Assembly: GCA_964016885.1 (NCBI GenBank)
Contig: OZ024741.1
Location: 25,916,001-25,980,000 of the forward strand
DNA: 64,000 nucleotides
Source: Eledone cirrhosa
Lineage: Eukaryota
Direction: 5' to 3'
In this document: positions 57,937-64,000 of the stretch, one piece after another
How positions within the stretch are numbered: position 1 is the stretch's first letter
How the letters are laid out: every line of letters begins with the position of its first letter
Position numbers and translations under genes: made by a program
Notes under the pieces: model-generated
What the model was told of the DNA's origin: nothing
Database searches by the model: none
What the model saw: only the letters and a program-made list of their open reading frames with translations

Positions 57937-59236
57937 AATAGCACCACCTGGCGAAGTCTTTCAATTCAGGATTTGGGCACCATGGCCCATTCGAGAAGAG
58001 AATTACTGTTTGCGGAGACATATCCGGGTGTGGGTGGTTTGTCCGGGATTACTTGGAGGAATTTGTCCAAAGACTTCTTGAATTTTGTGTGGTCAGTTTC
58101 TGTTTTGACGTGTCCTGGTGTGATGTTGAAGAGAGCAGGGCCGATTGAGGTGAAATAATTGTGCCGTATTGTTGTTATGAGTTGCGATTTAGATAGCACG
58201 GGGCCCAAGCCTTGGGTGTATCTTGAAGGCGATGCCAACATCATTTGGGCAGTGATGATGGAACATTTTCCACATCATGCAGATAATATAACGCTCACGG
58301 CGACGTTGGAGTGAGTAAAGTTTCAGGTTTTCCAATCGACCCCAGTAGTCAAGGTCTGACATGCCATCTATCTTTTTCGTGATTGCCCTTTGAGGAGCTT
58401 CAAGTTTCATGATACTTTGTTTCGTGTGGGGAGACCACAGTGGACAACAGTATTCAAGGTGTGGTCGGGCGAAAGTAGAGAAGAGAAGGATAATGGTGCG
58501 GGAATCTCGCGACTGGAAGGTTCTGAGGATCCAGGAACACATTCTGCTGGCCATGTCAACTTTGCTGCTTATATGCGTGGTCCAGCTTATGTTGCTGTCC
58601 ACGGTTACTCCCAAGTCTCTGATGTTGTTAGATGCCACGAGAGTTTCCCCGGAGGGAAGGGAGTACGGGAGTTTCAGAGCATCCTCTTTTCCAAAGTGGA
58701 TCAGTTCGAATTTATCTTCGTTCAGTAACATGTTGTTCTTTTCTGCCCATTGGGTAACAGCCAGTAGGTCTGACTGAAGGCTTATCCGGTCATCCACGCC
58801 ATTGATGACCTTTTGGAGCTTGGAATCATCAGCGAAAATTTTAATGTTGCTGTGTTTGATGATGTCAGTGATGTCATTAATATAGATGATGAAGAGAAGT
58901 GGGCCCAACACAGTGCCTTGTGGGACTCCACTACTGACTTTGGCTGGGCTTGATTTGACTCCCTCAACTACAACATGTTGGGTTCTGTTTGACAGGAAGC
59001 TCTTGATCCACTGCAGCAGCTTTCCAGTGACACCAATATTGGACAGCTTTCTCAGTAGAATGTTATGATCAACCCTGTCAAAGGCCTTGCTGAAATCAAG
59101 GTAGATAACATCAGTGTTGGAACCCTCTCCCAAGGCTCTCAAAATGTCATCAAAGTGATGCAGTAGTTGCGTCAGGCAATCCCTTCCATTACGGAATCCA
59201 TGCTGGTTGGAGTTCAGCATATTGTTACTCTCAAGG
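57937..59236 (-). mobile_element. Second, 5'-truncated CR1-B copy with a 17-bp deletion near 58193
   Basis: Nearly identical to 49378-50694. Lacks ttttgaatgggacggat. Confidence 0.95.
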
Positions 59237-59276
59237 TATATATATATATATGTGTGTATATATATATATATGTATA

Positions 59277-59329
<53 letters not shown>

Positions 59330-59748
59330 ATATATATGTCTATATGTATATATGTATATATATATATATGTATATATGTATATATATATATGTATATATA
59401 TATATGTATATATATATGTATATATATGTATATATATATGTATATATATATGTATATATATATATGTATATATATATATGTATATATATATGTATATATA
59501 TGTATATATATATGTATATATATATATGTATATATATATGTATATATATGTATATATATATGTATATATATATATGTATATATATATGTATATATATATG
59601 TATATATATATGTATATATGTATATATATATGTATGTATATATATATGTATATATATATGTATATATGTATATATATATATATGTATGTATATATATATG
59701 TATGTATATATATATGTATGTATATATGTATGTATATATATATGTATG

Positions 59749-59788
<40 letters not shown>

Positions 59789-60147
59789 TATGTATGTATA
59801 TATATATTTATATATGTATGTATATATATATTTATATATATATATTTATATATATATATGTATATATGTAGATAAATCTACCAAGAGTTTACGGTAGTGT
59901 CCATATATGTTCTAACACATATATATATGTCCATATATGTTCTAACACATATATATCCTAGAAACGATCGTTAAATAATGAACTTTTTTTGTTTAATATA
60001 AGGAACTGTTTCATTGTTTTATTCATTATTTTTTTAATATTTTATATGTATATATATATGTATGTATATATATATGTATGTATATATATATGTATGTATA
60101 TATATATGTATGTATATATATATATGTTTGTATATATATATGTATGT

Positions 60148-60178
<31 letters not shown>

Positions 60179-60520
60179 TATGTATATATGTATATGTATA
60201 TATATGTATATGTATGTATATATATATGTGTTTGTATGTATATGTATATATGTATATGTATATATGTATATGTATATATATGTATATGTATATATATGTA
60301 TATGTATATATATGTATATGTATATGTATATATATGTATATGTATATGTATATATATATGTATATGTATGTATATATATGTATATGTATATATATGTATA
60401 TATATATGTATATGTTTATGTATATATATGTATATGTATATGTATATATATATGTATATGTATATATATGTATATGTATATATATATATGTGTATATATA
60501 TATGTGTATATATATATAAT
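59237..60520. repeat. (TA)n/(TATG)n tracts at 59237-59870 and 60045-60520
   Basis: Direct reading. Confidence 0.95.
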
Positions 60521-60762
60521 ACGATATTAACAAATGGAAACTATATTTATAAAACCATATCTATTTTATTATACATATTTCAAGGATACCATGTTAAATT
60601 ATGGTGTGCTTTCATCAGACAAAATACAATATATACCAGTTTTATAAATAAATATTGACATACCCTTTCAAAATGCAACCATTACTTTTGGAAGACATCA
60701 GGGTTAGTGGATTTGTTCATCTTAGTAAGTCGTTGTGTCAATGTTATGTATATATATATATG

Positions 60763-60813
<51 letters not shown>

Positions 60814-60853
60814 GACAGTTGAAAATTGCAAACTCGACTGTCACCACATATCA

Positions 60854-60892
60854 TGAACCTGAAGATTGCGAAAGCATGAAAGTACTTGTTCA
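60854..60892 (+). ncRNA. Minimal hammerhead-like motif, probably a remnant of a different Penelope-like family
   Basis: UGAAC-CUGAAGA-U-UGC(GAAA)GCA-U-GAAA-GUAC-UU-GUUCA. Stem III region is palindromic (AAGUACUU). The G10.1-C11.1 pair is absent. Confidence 0.55.
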
Positions 60893-61076
60893 ATTAACAC
60901 TTAGAATTTAATATTCTATCATACTATTTCATTATAATACCATTTTATATATATTTTAAAGGATTCTAAATAAAACGAGTAAATCAGATAAAGTTGGAAT
61001 TCCTCTTATTAATATAATCTTCTATACACAATCATACACACCCATGTATATTTACCTATCTATATGTATATATGTA

Positions 61077-61118
<42 letters not shown>

Positions 61119-61119
<1 letters not shown>

Positions 61120-61330
61120 GAAGGCGTGTGGCTGAGTGGTTAGAGGATTGGATTCGCAATCGTGTGGTTGTGAGTTCAATTCCCAGACTGGGTGATGTGT
61201 TGTGTCCTTGAGCAAGACACTTTATTTCACATTGCTCCTTCTACCTGGAGTTGCGACCAAGTGAGAGTATTAGCAATTAGAAAGACCAATGGAAACATTA
61301 CCTTGGTCCGATTTGATGAAAGTCGATCAA
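61119..61330 (+). mobile_element. tRNA-derived SINE with CORE/Meta-like body
   Basis: A box TGGCTGAGTGG, B box GAGTTCAATTCC, then tgtgtccttgagcaagacactttatttcac. Confidence 0.75.
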
Positions 61331-62009
61331 CTGTCGATATATCATCATCACTGTTTAACGTCCATTTTCCATGCTTGCATGGGTTATACCTTGCTTAGTT
61401 GGAACTATAAATTTGGCTAGGATTTTTTCAGCTGGATGCCATACCTAACTCTAACCACATTTATATTGTGGAAATGGATGGTACCACTATGAGGAGGGAC
61501 AGGCCAGTTGACTGCCTGTACCCTACTCACAGTGGAACCATAGTTTGGGAGCCACATATTTATATTTATGGTGGTGGTGCTGGTGCCATGGTAAAATGCA
61601 CCAAAATGGAACATGTGTAAAAGGCCTTGTCCCCTGTCTAGTCTAGTCCCAGATTGTCACAGCTTGTCCAACCCATGCCAACATGGAAAGCAGATATAAA
61701 AGGATCATTATTGAAATACATCACTGTTGATTAAATTTGCTTTATTTTCTTTATTTAGATCTGTACTTCACGGGGTGGGAGTTAAAAGTTGTTCCCCATG
61801 TCTTTGGTACTGAAAGTGTTAAATGTTGTACTTGTGATAATTCTGATACAGGTATATCAAATGACAGCACGCAATAGCACTGCCTTGTCCCCCCCACCCC
61901 ACCCCCCACCCACACACACTTTTCAATGGTGCATCCTCATAGTTAGAAAATAGAGTTTATAAAAAAATGTCCTAAAATATGTTCCATGCAAATTAGAGTG
62001 TCAACCCAG

Positions 62010-63342
62010 AATGTTGTAAAAGCTATTCCCTCCCTCCGCATCTGGTGATGGGTCTGTCCTCATAGTAATGTTGTAAAGACCATTCCCTCCCTCCACATCT
62101 GGTGAAGGGTCTGTCCCCATGATAATGTTGTGAAGACCATCCCCCCCCCTCCACATCTGGTGAAGGGTCTGTCCCCATGACAATGTTGTGAAGACCATTC
62201 CCTCCCTCCACATCTGGTGATGAGCCTGTCCCCATGACAATGTTGTGAAGACCATTCCCCCCCTCTCCACATCTGGTGAAGGGTCTGTCCCCATGACAAT
62301 GTTGTGAAGACCATTCCCTCCCTCCACATCTGGTGAAGGGTCTGTCCCCATGATAATGTTGTGAAGACCATTCCCTCCCTCCACATCTGGTGAAGGGTCT
62401 GTCCCCATGATAATGTTGTGAAGACCATTCCCTCCCTCCACATCTGGTGATGAGCCTGTCCCCATGATAATGTTGTGAAGACCATTCCCTCCCTCCACAT
62501 CTGGTGATGAGCCTGTCCCCATGACAATGTTGTGAAGACCATTCCCTCCCTCCACATCTGGTGATGAGCCTGTCCCCATGACAATGTTGTGAAGACCATT
62601 CCCTCCCTCCACATCTGGTGAAGGGTCTGTCCCCATGATAATGTTGTGAAGACCATCCCCCCCCCTCCACTACTGGTGAAGGGTCTGTCCCCATGACAAT
62701 GTTGTGAAGACCATTCCCTCCCTCCACATCTGGTGATGAGCCTGTCCCCATGACAATGTTGTGAAGACCATTCCCCCCCCTCCACTTCTGGTGAAGGGTC
62801 TGTCCCCATGACAATGTTGTGAAGACCATTCCCCCCCCTCCACATCTGGTGATGAGCCTGTCCCCATGATAATGTTGTGAAGACCATTCCCCCCCCCCTC
62901 CACATCTGGTGATGAGCCTGTCCCCATGATAATGTTGTGAAGACCATTCCCCCCCCCTCCACATCTGGTGATGAGCCTGTCCCCATGACAATGTTGTGAA
63001 GACCATTCCCCCCCCCCCTCCACTTCTGGTGAAGGGTCTGTCCCCATGACAATGTTGTGAAGACCATTCCCCCCCCCCTCCACATCTGGTGATGAGCCTG
63101 TCCCCATGATAATGTTGTGAAGACCATTCCCCCCCCCCCCCTCCACATCTGGTGATGAGCCTGTCCCCATGACAATGTTGTGAAGACCATTCCCCCCCCC
63201 CCTCCACATCTGGTGATGAGCCTGTCCCCATGACAATGTTGTGAAGACCATTCCCCCCCTCTCCACATCTGGTGAAGAGTCTGTCCCCATGACAATGTTG
63301 TGAAGACCATTCCCTCCCTCCACATCTGGTGATGGGTCTGTT
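62010..63342. repeat. 57-62-bp minisatellite (CATCTGGTGATGAGCCTGTCCCCATGACAATGTTGTGAAGACCATTCCCTCCCTCCA), ~23 copies, variable poly-C
   Basis: catctggtga recurs at 62441 and 62498. Confidence 0.95.
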
Positions 63343-63524
63343 CTCATATATCCCTAAACACTAATAACAGATGTTCTACAGTTCCACCATAGTTGAGAAC
63401 CACTAAAATTAAAGTGTCAGTCATTACAATGTCTGAGGCTAGGAACCAACATTGTTAGATATTTTCAGAGTTTTACTCAGAAATATTATCTTCCTAAAAT
63501 GGCTGCTGTCAAAAGTTGAGTGAT

Positions 63525-63815
63525 TTTGGTTGTTGTTGATGTTACTATTGTTGTTACTGTTGCTGTTACTATTGTTGTTGTTACTATAGTTGTTGCTACT
63601 GAATCCTCAATGCTTAAATTTTCTCTTATTTTTCAATCATTGTATTGGTTCCCCCTCAACTCATGGTGTTACTTACACTACTACTACTACCATCACCACC
63701 ACTACTACTACCATCACAACCACCACTACTACTACAACTACTACTACTACCATCACTACCACCACTACTACTACTACTACCACCACCATCACTACTACTA
63801 CTACTGTCACCACTG
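63525..63815. repeat. GTT and (CTA/CCA)n trinucleotide repeats
   Basis: Direct reading. Confidence 0.85.
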
Positions 63816-64000
63816 CTCTGTGAGGCTGGAGTGAGAACCAGAAGTTGGAGTGTGTTGGAAAGTGAGACTCTGTGCAGGACACTATCTAGGACCTCATTAT
63901 CCAATATAATGGTTTCTGGTTTAGGCACAAAGCCAGTAATAAGTGGTGGTGGTGGTAATGGTTGTGTTGTTGTTGGTGGTGGTAATGATGATGGTAGTAA

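Noticed and set aside
61119-61195. tRNA gene
   Set aside because: A and B boxes are present, but the acceptor stem is not convincing and the sequence runs into a SINE body.
62010-63342. Hammerhead or C/D-box array in the 57-bp repeat (tgatgag motif)
   Set aside because: No CUGANGA...GAAA core with pairing stems, and the motif is absent from about half the units.

Overview
Eukaryotic, repeat-dominated animal DNA. The SINE and LINE tails resemble octopod/cephalopod repeats (inference). The only recognisable host-gene sequence is one 79-bp exon (815-893, +) of a band-4.1/FERM gene of the yurt/EPB41L5-EPB41L4B type. The remaining ~63 kb looks like one TE-filled intron, with a 200-N gap at 57737-57936. 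Main contents: (i) a ~13.7-kb satellite of 97-bp monomers that arose inside an RTE-LINE coding fragment and has 5-, 8- and 38-monomer higher-order duplications; (ii) at 32-60 kb, a nest of young retrotransposons each embedded in long (TA)n/(TATATG)n tracts: a Penelope-like element (RT + C-terminal GIY-YIG, 5' inversion, minimal hammerhead ribozymes), two CR1-group LINE families and two RTE families; (iii) Deu/Nin-type and CORE-like tRNA SINEs, hairpin/MITE elements, a Helitron-like end and several minisatellites. Most notable: a C4HC3 PHD finger inserted inside the RT domain of both RTE families; an intact CR1-group ORF2 with no usable AUG that is reachable from ORF1 by -1 frameshifting at an in-frame U UUU UUA (and A AAA AAC) heptamer; and the shared TA-tract location of unrelated retroelements. 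Most long ORFs in the supplied track (YI-, H/T-, LS-rich) are microsatellite artefacts.
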